A stretch of DNA of 64,000 bases from Dehalococcoidia bacterium (lineage in GTDB: Bacteria > Chloroflexota > Dehalococcoidia > UBA2979): positions 256,001-320,000 of the forward strand of contig OZ219871.1 of the NCBI GenBank assembly GCA_964291495.2, in the 5' to 3' direction. The notes under the pieces are model-generated. The model was not told where the DNA came from and searched no databases. It was given only the letters and a program-made list of their open reading frames with translations. Below, piece after piece: positions 10,994 through 20,577 of the stretch; position 1 is the first letter of the stretch, and the number at the start of each line of letters is the position of its first letter. Position numbers and translations under genes: made by a program.

Positions 10994-12322
10994 ATGCACC
11001 TCATGTACTTCACCGAGCAACCGGACTCCGCATATCCGGAACCGCGGGATGAGGATGGCAACCTCGGCACGACGCGGGTGACGTTCTCCAACAAGTACTA
11101 CAACCCCGTCGAGGGCAGCCGCCTCTACAACGACCGCCTCCGGGAGTACCTGAAGGCCGAGGAGGTCGGGTACGACGGCATCATGCTGAACGAGCACCAC
11201 AACGCGCCGTTCTGCATGCAGTCGCAGATCACGGTCTGGGCCAGCATCCTCGCCGCCGCAACCGAGCGAGTGAAGATCGTGCTGCTGGGCACGCCGCTGC
11301 CGACCCTCGAGAACCCGCTGGCAGCGGCCGAGAGCCTCGCCATGATCGACATGATCTCGAAGGGCCGCCTCGTCGCGGGGATCGTGCGCGGAGGCGGCTC
11401 CGAGCAGCTCGCGAACAATGTCAACCCCGCGTTCAACCGCGATCGCTTCTACGAGGCGCACGACCTGATAGTGAAGGCCTGGACGGAACCCGGGCCCTGG
11501 CGCTGGGAGGGCGACCACTACCACTTCCGCACGGTGAACCCGTGGGCGCGTCCGCTGCAGCAGCCGCACCCGCGCATCTGGGTGCCCGGCACCGCGAGCC
11601 CGGAGACGATCGTCTGGTGCGCGGAGCAGCGCTACCCCTACATCGCGCTCAACACCGCCATCGACGTCACGAAGCAGATCTGGCAGCTCTACGACGACAC
11701 CGCCGCCGAGGCCGGCTACGAGGCGGGCCCCGAGCACCGCGGCTACCTGCTGCGCGTGCATGTCGCCGACACCGAGGAGAAGGCTGTCGAGAACGCCCGG
11801 CAGTTCATGTGGATGCAGGGCGAGTTCGCCGGCGTCGGCCAGCCGGAGTACCAGTCACCCTCGGGCTACTTCTCGCCGACGCGGCGCGAGCAGTACGTGC
11901 AGGTCATCAACCACCGCGGCGAGGATCCCCGCGCCCGCCCCTTCGACGACCAGCGCGAAACCCGGACGATCGTCGCGGGGACGCCGGACCAGGTCGTCGA
12001 GGAGCTGCGTGTCGTCATGGAGGCGACGCGGCCGGGCATCTTCGCCCTCTGGGGCAGCGACGGCCGCGTCAGCCACCAGGACGCGATGCGCTGCATCGAG
12101 CTGACCGGCCAGGAGGTGCTGCCGCGACTGCGCGAGATCGCGAAGGAACTGGACCTCAAGGACCCCTTCGAGACAAACGCCCCGGTCAGCTCCGGGTTCC
12201 TCGAGACCGCCACGGTGCCGGAAACGTTCGACGTGCCAACGCCCCCGGTGGAGCCGGCGCGCGTTCGCCGCGGCCCGGCCGTCGGCACCGAGAGCCTGCG
12301 CCCGGGCTCGATCGGGCGATAA
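10994..12322 (+). CDS. Luciferase-like (LLM) flavin-dependent oxidoreductase
   Basis: GYDGIMLNEHH, AESLAMIDMISKGRL, PLQQPHPRIWVPG. Confidence 0.9.
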   Translation: MHLMYFTEQPDSAYPEPRDEDGNLGTTRVTFSNKYYNPVEGSRLYNDRLREYLKAEEVGYDGIMLNEHHNAPFCMQSQITVWASILAAATERVKIVLLGTPLPTLENPLAAAESLAMIDMISKGRLVAGIVRGGGSEQLANNVNPAFNRDRFYEAHDLIVKAWTEPGPWRWEGDHYHFRTVNPWARPLQQPHPRIWVPGTASPETIVWCAEQRYPYIALNTAIDVTKQIWQLYDDTAAEAGYEAGPEHRGYLLRVHVADTEEKAVENARQFMWMQGEFAGVGQPEYQSPSGYFSPTRREQYVQVINHRGEDPRARPFDDQRETRTIVAGTPDQVVEELRVVMEATRPGIFALWGSDGRVSHQDAMRCIELTGQEVLPRLREIAKELDLKDPFETNAPVSSGFLETATVPETFDVPTPPVEPARVRRGPAVGTESLRPGSIGR

Positions 12323-12353
12323 CTTCCACGGACCCGCTGCAAGGAGACAATCG

Positions 12354-13469
12354 ATGCCCTCCGATCCGCTTCGCACGCGCCTCTGCGACGAGTACGGCTG
12401 CGAGTACCCGGTCGTCGGGTTCGCGCACACCAAGGACGTGGTCGCCGCCGTCACCAACGCCGGCGGCATCGGCATCTACGGCGCCAACTCGCTCACCCCC
12501 GAGCAGATCCAGTCCGACGTGCGCTGGATCAAGGAGCGCGTCGGCGACCGCCCCTTCGGCGTCGACCTGCTGCTCTCCGCCTCCTACCTCGAGGGCACGC
12601 CCGAGGATCTGGAGGCACAGATCCCGCAGGGGCACATCGACTTCGTCGACAGGGTGATGGAGGAACACAGCATCCCGGAGCCAAAGACGCCGGGCCCGTG
12701 GGGCCACGCCCGCGTGGACCTGCTGCGCAAGGCGCGCGCCAAGTTCGAGGTGATCAAGGCGGAGCGCGTCCCGATCTTCGCCTCCGGCATGGGCAGCCCC
12801 GCCTTCATCCTCGACGAGCTGCACGAGGCCGGCATCAAGGTCTGGGGGCTGATCGGCCTCGCGCGACAGGCGCGCCGCGAGCTTGAGCAGGGCCTCGACC
12901 TGATCGTCGCCCAGGGCCAGGACTCCGGTGGCCACACCGGCCGCATGGGCACCTTCTCGCTCGTGCGCGAGGTGACCGAGCTGGCGAAGGACTACGACAC
13001 GCCGATCCTCGCCGCCGGCGGCGTCACGACCGGGGCGCACATCGTCGCCGCCCTCGCCCTCGGCGCATCCGGCGTCTGGTGCGGCACGATCTGGCAGACC
13101 ACGCATGAGTCCGAGACCTCGATGGCGAAGAAGCAGAAGCTGCTCGAGTCGGGCAACCAGGACGCGTGGGTCTCCGAGGCGGTCGACGGCAAGCGCATGC
13201 GCGTCATCCGCGGCGCCTTCATCGACGTGTTCGACGCGCCGGACGCGCCGCCGCCGCTCGCGATGCCGCTCCAGGGCATGCTGCTCGGCAAGCTCGAGAC
13301 GGCAGTCGAGGACCACCAGGTCTACGACTGGCTGCGCATCCCGGCCGGCCAGGGCGTCGGCTTCGTCACTGAGATGAAGCCCGCACGCCAGACCTTGCTC
13401 GACCTCGTCGAGGAGGCGCGCGACAGCCTCGACGCGATGGGCTTCGACCCGCCCGACGACGCGGAGTAG
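12354..13469 (+). CDS. Nitronate monooxygenase / FabK-like flavoprotein
   Basis: AAVTNAGGIG, VAQGQDSGGHTG, ILAAGG, LALGASGVWCGT. Confidence 0.88.
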   Translation: MPSDPLRTRLCDEYGCEYPVVGFAHTKDVVAAVTNAGGIGIYGANSLTPEQIQSDVRWIKERVGDRPFGVDLLLSASYLEGTPEDLEAQIPQGHIDFVDRVMEEHSIPEPKTPGPWGHARVDLLRKARAKFEVIKAERVPIFASGMGSPAFILDELHEAGIKVWGLIGLARQARRELEQGLDLIVAQGQDSGGHTGRMGTFSLVREVTELAKDYDTPILAAGGVTTGAHIVAALALGASGVWCGTIWQTTHESETSMAKKQKLLESGNQDAWVSEAVDGKRMRVIRGAFIDVFDAPDAPPPLAMPLQGMLLGKLETAVEDHQVYDWLRIPAGQGVGFVTEMKPARQTLLDLVEEARDSLDAMGFDPPDDAE

Positions 13470-13524
13470 CGGCGACACGGGGCTGGCGGGACGAAGCTGC
13501 GCGGCAGCAGCAGCACGCAAGGAG

Positions 13525-14235
13525 ATGGCGATGGCAGACGAACCCACGATCGGCCTCCTCGAGGCGATCCACTCGACGCGGGCGATCCGCCGCTTCAAGC
13601 CGGACCCGATTCCCGAGGACGTGCTCTGGGCAATCCTCGACGCCGCGATCCGCGGACCGACCGGCGCCAACCGCCAGAACTGGGGCTGGGTCGTGGTCCG
13701 GGACGCGGAGGCGAAGCGCAAGATCGCGGGCTGGTTCAAGCAGGAGTACGACAACACCTACGGCCGCGTCGACGAGTCGACGCTGACGGACACCGGGCGC
13801 ATCCAGTCCGGCACCTACACGATCAACGAGGAGATCAACTATGGGCTGACCGCCCAGAACTACCGCGCGGTGAGGCACCTGGCGCACAACCTGCAGAATG
13901 CGCCGGTGATCGTCTTCCCCTGCCTCTTCGGCGGTCCCGGATCGCGCAGGCCCGGGCGCAACCCGCGCCGCGCGGGCGCCTCGATCTTCGGCGGGGTGCA
14001 GAACATGATGCTCGCCGCGCGCGCCTACGGGGTCGGCTCGGTGATCACGGGCTGGGCCGTGGACATGCCGGAGCTGCACGAGCTGCTCAACCTGCCCGAG
14101 GGCTACGAGCCGATGGCGCTCGTCCCGATGGGCTACCCAACGGTCCCCTTCTCGCAGCCGCAGCGCATCCCCGTGGACCAGGTGACGCACTGGGACCGCT
14201 GGGGCGAGCAGCACGAGCGGCCCGCACAGGACTAG
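13525..14235 (+). CDS. Nitroreductase family protein
   Basis: TRAIRRFKPDPIP, GPTGANRQNW, QNMMLAARAYGVGS. Confidence 0.88.
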   Translation: MAMADEPTIGLLEAIHSTRAIRRFKPDPIPEDVLWAILDAAIRGPTGANRQNWGWVVVRDAEAKRKIAGWFKQEYDNTYGRVDESTLTDTGRIQSGTYTINEEINYGLTAQNYRAVRHLAHNLQNAPVIVFPCLFGGPGSRRPGRNPRRAGASIFGGVQNMMLAARAYGVGSVITGWAVDMPELHELLNLPEGYEPMALVPMGYPTVPFSQPQRIPVDQVTHWDRWGEQHERPAQD

Positions 14236-14368
14236 CGTCCGCAGACCAAAGCGGCGATCCCCGGCGCGCCGGCCTCGTTGCGGGGATCGGGTGTGGGGAC
14301 TAGAGTGTGGCGCTAGCGAGGCGTCGGCGCGCGAGGCGTGGCCGATGCGAACGAATCCGGGGGGGCAC

Positions 14369-16285
14369 ATGGCAGACGAGCACTGGTCAACGTTTATCGG
14401 ATCGCGGGTCAGTAGACGAAGCGTCATCCGCGGCGGGGTTCTCGGCGCGGCCGGACTGACCGCTGCCGCGCTGATCGGCTGTGGCGACGACGATGACGAC
14501 GACGAGGCCCCCGCGGTGGCGACCGCGGCGCCGACGGCAGCCGCCACGGCCGCTCCGACGCAGGCCCCGACGGCCGCTCCGACGCCGGAGCCGGAGCCGG
14601 AATACGTGACGGGCGCGAAGGCGCAGGGCGCGCCGTTCGCCTGGAACTACCCGGAGCCGGACGAGACCCCGAAGCGCGGCGGCATCTACAAGGGCGTGCT
14701 GACGTTCGCGCACGGCAGCTTCGACCCGAACACCTCGAGCTTCTCGTGGACGCCCAACAGCATGATCGGCGACTTCGTCGTCGGCTATAACGTCGGGCCG
14801 AGCCTGAACAAGGGCCTCGAGATCGAGCTGAACCCGGACTACGGCCTCGCCACCGCGTGGGAGACCTCGCCGGACGGGCTGACGTACACGTTCAACATCC
14901 GCGAGGCGAACTTCCAGAACGTCGCGCCGGTCAACGGGCGCGCGATGGTCGCGGGTGACATCGTCACGGCCTTCGATCGCATGCTCGCCGGGTTCTTCGC
15001 CGGGCCGCTCGGCACGCTGGACCGCATGGAGGCGGCGGACGACCGCACCCTGCTGGCCCACATGAAGATCCCGGACCCCGACCTGCCGACCACGCTGGGG
15101 AACCGGCAGTTCCCGGTCTACGCCCAGGAACCGTACGACGAGGGCACCCAGGACACGAACCCGATCGGCACGGGCTCGATGATCCTGGACAACGCAAACA
15201 CCGTGAAGGACCAGACGCTGGCCTTCGTCTCGAACCCGGACTACTGGGACGGCGCGCCGTACCTGGACGGCTTCCAGTTCGAGCGGATCCTGGACCGCGC
15301 GACGCACCTCGCGGAGTTCGTGCAGGGCCGCGTCCAGTTCGCCCGCCAGCCCGAGGAAGTCTCGCAGATCAGGAACCTCTTCGACGAAGTGCCGGGCATG
15401 CAGATCACGAGCGACCCGTTCTGGAGCTCCGGCACCACCGTCTACGCGGTCAACCCGAACATCGAGCCGTTCAACGACGTGCGTGTCCGCCGGGCCCTCA
15501 AGCTCGCGATGGACACGGTCAAGTACGGCAACCTGCGGTTCCCGCTCGGCTGGAACACCGGGCCCGCCTTCGCGCTGCCCTTCGTGTTCGGCACCGAGTA
15601 CCCCTCGCAGAAGTCGATCGACCCGGACACCGTGCCGGACGAGTTCGGGCCGTGGTTCAAGTACGACCTGGAGGAGGCGAAGAAGCTGCTCGCCGCGGCT
15701 GGCTGGGAGACCGGTCTCAAGTGGACCCATCGCGGTCCCGCCGGCTTCACCGGCGAGACCACCTCGCAGGACGCGCTCTGGCAGCAGGACATGCGGGCGC
15801 TCGGAGCGGACATCGAGTTCGCCACGCCCGAGTCGGTGAACTTCACTACCCAGTACTACGCCGGCGGCTTCCGCGACCCGGAGAAGCGGGCCACGGAGAG
15901 CATCCAGGGCTGGTCGACGGCGACGCCGACCCGCAACGGCTACTTCTGGGAGAACATCCACTCCGAGTCCAGCGTGAACCACTTCGACACGAGGGACCCG
16001 GAGGTGGACCGCCTGGCCGACCTGCAGCGCTCCGAGGGCGACCCGGATCAGCGGCAGGAGTACATCCGCCAGATCTTCGACGTCTTCAACGACCAGGCCT
16101 ACTGGATGGACAAGCCGCCCGGAACCTGGACCGGCACGGTGCTGCGGCCGGAGTCGCGGTTCTTCCGCTTCAACGCACCGCACATCGGCATCCACTGGTT
16201 CTGGGACTGGGGCTACGGAGTGCACAAGGCGTGGCTCGGCGACACCCTCACGGAATCGCCGACGATCTCGCTGCTGGACCTGTAG
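14369..16285 (+). CDS. ABC substrate-binding protein family 5 (peptide/nickel type), Tat-exported lipoprotein
   Basis: SRRSVIRGG twin-Arg, LIGC lipobox, LATAWETSPDGLTYTF, PFNDVRVRRAL. Confidence 0.88.
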   Translation: MADEHWSTFIGSRVSRRSVIRGGVLGAAGLTAAALIGCGDDDDDDEAPAVATAAPTAAATAAPTQAPTAAPTPEPEPEYVTGAKAQGAPFAWNYPEPDETPKRGGIYKGVLTFAHGSFDPNTSSFSWTPNSMIGDFVVGYNVGPSLNKGLEIELNPDYGLATAWETSPDGLTYTFNIREANFQNVAPVNGRAMVAGDIVTAFDRMLAGFFAGPLGTLDRMEAADDRTLLAHMKIPDPDLPTTLGNRQFPVYAQEPYDEGTQDTNPIGTGSMILDNANTVKDQTLAFVSNPDYWDGAPYLDGFQFERILDRATHLAEFVQGRVQFARQPEEVSQIRNLFDEVPGMQITSDPFWSSGTTVYAVNPNIEPFNDVRVRRALKLAMDTVKYGNLRFPLGWNTGPAFALPFVFGTEYPSQKSIDPDTVPDEFGPWFKYDLEEAKKLLAAAGWETGLKWTHRGPAGFTGETTSQDALWQQDMRALGADIEFATPESVNFTTQYYAGGFRDPEKRATESIQGWSTATPTRNGYFWENIHSESSVNHFDTRDPEVDRLADLQRSEGDPDQRQEYIRQIFDVFNDQAYWMDKPPGTWTGTVLRPESRFFRFNAPHIGIHWFWDWGYGVHKAWLGDTLTESPTISLLDL

Positions 16286-16310
16286 CCGGCACGAACGCGG
16301 AGACTGGACG

Positions 16311-16340
16311 GAGGGAGCCGGCCGGCGGGTCGGCTCCCTC
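16311..16340 (+). terminator. Hairpin downstream of SBP gene
   Basis: GAGGGAGCCGGCC-ggcg-GGTCGGCTCCCTC. Confidence 0.6.
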
Positions 16341-16490
16341 TGCGTTCGGCGCGCGGAACGCGAACACGAGGGTAGTGAACCTCGCCGAGGCCAGCGCGCT
16401 ACAATGCGCCGCGTTCCGCTCGCGTCCGCCCCGCGCAGCGGCCGAGCGCGGACGACCGGATCGGGATGTGGTGACCCAGGGGATGTCGCG

Positions 16491-17483
16491 ATGACGCAGT
16501 ACCTGGTCAAGCGGCTGCTCGCCGCCGTCCCCACGCTCCTGATCGTCTCGATCGGGATCTTCGGCCTCGTGCGACTGATCCCCGGCGACGTCGTGATGGC
16601 CCGCATCGCGCAGGGCGGCAGCGGCGCGGGCGGAAGCGCGAACGAGGCGGTGATCGAGCGAACGCGCGCGGAGCTCGGCCTCGACCGCCCCTTCCATGAG
16701 CAATACCTGGACTGGCTCGCCGGAGCCGTACGCGGCGACCTGGGCAACTCGCTGATCAGCGGCGTGCCCGTCTCGGAGACACTGATCGAGCGGCTCCCGG
16801 TCACGATCGAGATCGTGATCCTCGCGATGACGCTCTCGATGCTGCTCGCCATCCCGCTGGGCATCATCTCCGCCGTGAACCAGGACAAGCCCGCCGACTA
16901 CGCGGCGAGGCTGTTCACGGTGTTCGGGCTCTCCATCCCGGACTTCGTGATCGGCACGGTCACGATCCTCTTCCTCACCTTCTACCTGGACGACGCGACG
17001 TTCGGGCTGTTCGACTCGTGGCTGCCGCCGCTCGGCTGGTACCCGCCCTGGGAGGATCCCTGGACGAACTTCCAGGCGCTGAGCATCCCGGTGGTGATCC
17101 TCGCCTACCGCTCGTCCGCGGTGAGCGCGCGCATGATGCGCTCGACGATGCTGGAGGTGCTGCGCGAGGACTACATCCGGACGGCGCGCGCCAAGGGCGT
17201 GACCGAACGCGCCGTCGTGTTCCGCCACGCGCTGCGCAACTCCGTCATCCCGGTGCTCACGATCATGGGCGCGCAGACATCGTTCCTCTTCGGCGGATCG
17301 GTGATCGTCGAGCAGATCTTCCGGATTCCCGGCATGGGGCAATGGACGCTCGACTCCGTCGGTCAGCGCGACTACACGGCGGTGCAGGGCGCCGTCCTGA
17401 TGATGGCCGTCGTCTTCATCGTCGTGAACCTCGTGGTCGATCTGATGTACGGGCTCATCGACCCGCGAATCCGCTACAGCTAG
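16491..17483 (+). CDS. Dpp/Opp-type ABC permease (DppB-like)
   Basis: GDLGNSL, EDYIRTARAKG, RHALRN, DPRIRY. Confidence 0.92.
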   Translation: MTQYLVKRLLAAVPTLLIVSIGIFGLVRLIPGDVVMARIAQGGSGAGGSANEAVIERTRAELGLDRPFHEQYLDWLAGAVRGDLGNSLISGVPVSETLIERLPVTIEIVILAMTLSMLLAIPLGIISAVNQDKPADYAARLFTVFGLSIPDFVIGTVTILFLTFYLDDATFGLFDSWLPPLGWYPPWEDPWTNFQALSIPVVILAYRSSAVSARMMRSTMLEVLREDYIRTARAKGVTERAVVFRHALRNSVIPVLTIMGAQTSFLFGGSVIVEQIFRIPGMGQWTLDSVGQRDYTAVQGAVLMMAVVFIVVNLVVDLMYGLIDPRIRYS

Positions 17484-17512
17484 GCGAGTGAGCGGGCGAG
17501 GTACGAAGCGAG

Positions 17513-18409
17513 ATGGCTGAACGCACGTTGAACGTTGGGGCAACGCGACAGTTCGCCAGCGAGACGCGCCACCCCGCGATCGATGCTTCGATCCGGATCG
17601 TCCGCAACCCGGTCGGCGGCGGATCGACGATCGTGCTGATCGGGCTGATCGGAGCCGCAGTCGTGGCCTGGGCCGGTTTCGGCGGCGACCCCTACACGAG
17701 CCTGGGCGGGCGGCTCGACAGCCCCAACCGCGACTTCCTGTTCGGCACCGACCAGATCGGGCGCGACGTGCTCGCCCGGGTCCTGCAGGGCGCCGTCATC
17801 TCGCTTTACGTCGGGTTCCTCGCCACGGGGCTGGCGGGCGGCCTGGGGTCGCTCGTCGGGCTGGTCAGCGGGTTCGCCGGCGGCTGGCTGGACCTCGTGA
17901 TGCAGCGCGTCGTGGACGCGCTGCTCTCGATTCCCGGGCTCGTGCTCGCCCTCTTCTTCGCCGCGGTCTTCGACCCCAGCACGGAAACCGGCGTGCTGGC
18001 GATCACGATCGCCATCACGCCCGCGGTCTCGCGCGTGATCCGCAGCGCGGTGCTCGCCGCGAAGGAGAACGTCTACGTGGAGGCGGCGCGCACGATCGGC
18101 GCCACACCGCTGCGCATCATGGTGCGGCACGTGCTGCCCAACGTGACCGCGCCGATCCTGATCATGATGTCGACCCTGCTCGGCGCGGCGATCCTGATCG
18201 AGGCCAGCCTCGCCTTCCTCGGGATGGGCGCGCAGGAGCCGGACCCGTCGTGGGGCGTGATGCTGCGGTCGGCTCGCCAGTTCATGGAGGTCGCGCCCTG
18301 GCTGGTGCTGGCGCCGGGCGCGGCGATCAGCGTCACGGTGCTGGCCTTCAACCTGCTGGGCGACCGCATCCGGGACGTGCTGGACCCGCGCCTGCGAGGA
18401 TCGCGCTAG
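17513..18409 (+). CDS. Dpp/Opp-type ABC permease (DppC-like)
   Basis: FGTDQIGRD, YVEAARTIGA, RHVLPN, PSWG, DPR. Confidence 0.92.
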   Translation: MAERTLNVGATRQFASETRHPAIDASIRIVRNPVGGGSTIVLIGLIGAAVVAWAGFGGDPYTSLGGRLDSPNRDFLFGTDQIGRDVLARVLQGAVISLYVGFLATGLAGGLGSLVGLVSGFAGGWLDLVMQRVVDALLSIPGLVLALFFAAVFDPSTETGVLAITIAITPAVSRVIRSAVLAAKENVYVEAARTIGATPLRIMVRHVLPNVTAPILIMMSTLLGAAILIEASLAFLGMGAQEPDPSWGVMLRSARQFMEVAPWLVLAPGAAISVTVLAFNLLGDRIRDVLDPRLRGSR

Positions 18410-18419
18410 TCGCGCCCGG

Positions 18420-19919
18420 CTACTCCGGCCAGAGGTGCTCCTCGAAGGCCCAATCGAGCAGCCAGCGAGCCTCGTTGAAGCGGTTCGGCGCGTTGAGCAG
18501 CACGACGAAGAGCCGCCGATCGTCGCGCGCGGCAGACGCCACCAGCGTCAGGCCGGCGTCATCCGTGAAGCCGGTCTTGACGCCGTCGGCATCCGCGTAG
18601 CTGCCGAGCAGGTAGTTGCCGTTCCGCATCGAGAGTTCCCGCGAGCCGCGGGCCGTCCAGTACGTTTCGCCGACGATCGAGGCGAACTCGGGCAGCGTCA
18701 TCCCGTAGCGGGCGAGCATCGCGAGGTCATAAGCAGAGGCGTGGTGCCCGGCCTCGTCGAGGCCGTGCGGGTTCGCGAACTCGCTGTCGTCGAGGCCCAG
18801 CCGGTGCAGCAGGGTGTTCATGGCGGCCACGAACTCCTCGTCCGATCCGCTCAGGTGCCGCCCCAACGCCAGCGCCGCGTCGTTGCCGGAGGGCAGCATG
18901 AGGCCGTAGAGGAGGTCCGCCACGGTGAAGCAGTCGCCGGGCAGCAGCCCCATCAGCGAGCTGTCGTACATGAGGCGGCTGTCGACGTCGGTTTCCACCC
19001 AGCCGCCGAGGTCGCTGCCCTCGATCGCCAGGATCGCCGTCGCGATCTTGGTCAGGCTGGCCGGGGCAACGGGTAGCCGGGCGTGCTTGTCGTAGAGCAC
19101 GGCGCCGGAGCCGGCGTCGATGACGATCGCCGCCTCCGCGCTGATCTGCGGAGCGGGGCTGGCGTGAACGGGCTGCGGCGCCGCGGAGCTGGGCGGCGGA
19201 ATCGGCAGGGCCGCCGTCGCGGGCGCCCCCTCGATGCTGCGCGCGAGGCGTCCGACCGCGTGGTCGCACTTGATCATCAGCGGTGTGCCGGCCGGGATGC
19301 GCCCGCCGGGGAACTGCTGGAACCAGGCGACGTTCACGAAGGCCGGCGCCCCGAACAGATAGGAGATGAAGCCGCCCCCGGTCTTGTTCGCCCAGACCGA
19401 TCGCAGATTGCAGCCCTGCAAGGCAGCCGCGTTGGCAACTCCATGGGCCGTGCCGCCGCCCCAGAGAACCAGCCCCCATCCCGACTCCGGAACCCAGCCC
19501 AGCAACCCCGGCCCGATTCCCGAGACTCCGGCCTGTGATCCGCAGGCGGGGGTGGGCGGGACCGGAGCGAGGAACTCCGCGGCCACCCAGCCGGCGACGC
19601 CAAACACCCGCACGCGCTGCCAGTCGTACCCGTCCGCGCTGGCCGAGCCCTCCAGCACGTCCAGCGTCGTCCCGTCCTCGATGCAGCTGATCTGGCTGCC
19701 GGAGAGGGAGGGGGCGTCGCGCAGCCGCAGGCAGTCGCCGTCGCCGCGCACGACTGCCTCGTGGCCGGGAACGAGCTGCCCGAATGCAGGGCGCGCGGGC
19801 GCATCGAGCATGGCGCTGCTCGATGCCGCGCCGGCGGACGCCGAACCCAGCGCGGCTACGGGCGCGACGAGGACGGCAAGAAGAATGAGGGCAACAAAAA
19901 ACCGGCGAGGCATGACCAC
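18420..19919 (-). CDS. D-alanyl-D-alanine carboxypeptidase (peptidase S11) with signal peptide and SH3-like domain
   Basis: ASLTK (SxxK), SGN, KTG motifs; LRLRDAPS...WQRV...GWVAAEFL SH3b-like segment. Confidence 0.88.
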   Translation of the reverse strand: MVMPRRFFVALILLAVLVAPVAALGSASAGAASSSAMLDAPARPAFGQLVPGHEAVVRGDGDCLRLRDAPSLSGSQISCIEDGTTLDVLEGSASADGYDWQRVRVFGVAGWVAAEFLAPVPPTPACGSQAGVSGIGPGLLGWVPESGWGLVLWGGGTAHGVANAAALQGCNLRSVWANKTGGGFISYLFGAPAFVNVAWFQQFPGGRIPAGTPLMIKCDHAVGRLARSIEGAPATAALPIPPPSSAAPQPVHASPAPQISAEAAIVIDAGSGAVLYDKHARLPVAPASLTKIATAILAIEGSDLGGWVETDVDSRLMYDSSLMGLLPGDCFTVADLLYGLMLPSGNDAALALGRHLSGSDEEFVAAMNTLLHRLGLDDSEFANPHGLDEAGHHASAYDLAMLARYGMTLPEFASIVGETYWTARGSRELSMRNGNYLLGSYADADGVKTGFTDDAGLTLVASAARDDRRLFVVLLNAPNRFNEARWLLDWAFEEHLWPE

Positions 19920-20339
19920 ACCCGAGCCATTACCCGCCAGCTCGCCGTTAAGTATACACGCCAGCGGCTGCGAGGCGCAGCAGGCGAGGTCGAGCCGGGA
20001 TCCGGCGCCGGACTACGGGGTGCTTACCAACGTTTGTGATTAACCTTCAACTTCTGAAGGGCATCCTCTGGTTCAGCTGGCACTTACCAGGAGCAGGACA
20101 TGCTGCTCGTGACTGCGGACTGCAAGGTCTACCGGTTCAACTCCAGCACGTGGAGCCCACGTTCTCGGGGCGGGCGCAGTCAACTCCCCTTCGAGCGGAT
20201 GAGCAGATAGGCCATGATGACGCCTATCACTGCGTAGAAGATGAGGTCGTCACGCTTGGACCTGGCCCAGTAGTCGGAACGATTGAACGGCCAGCGGTCC
20301 TTCCACTTCCTCCTTGCCCATGACTGGAGCGCTGCTCCA

Positions 20340-20498
20340 TTAGGCTACATCGAGAAGCAGCGTCAGATACAGGCTCAAGCCCAGCCTGCTGAGTAGTACG
20401 AACCCGACGATCCCGGCGCCCATCAAGAGCACGATGCGCAACAGGTCGCCCCTTGGTGGTAGTTCGTCCCACGGCACCTCGTCGCCTAACCGCCTCAT
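20340..20498 (-). CDS. Putative 52-aa membrane peptide
   Basis: Own translation: MRRLGDEVPWDELPPRGDLLRIVLLMGAGIVGFVLLSRLGLSLYLTLLLDVA*; lower-GC patch; SD poorly spaced. Confidence 0.35.
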   Translation of the reverse strand: MRRLGDEVPWDELPPRGDLLRIVLLMGAGIVGFVLLSRLGLSLYLTLLLDVA

Positions 20499-20577
20499 CC
20501 TCGGAACCACCTGTCGATCTCGTCACCCCAACGCCACCAGCGGCTCTTGCAACCCCAATCACAAACATAAACGCCCC

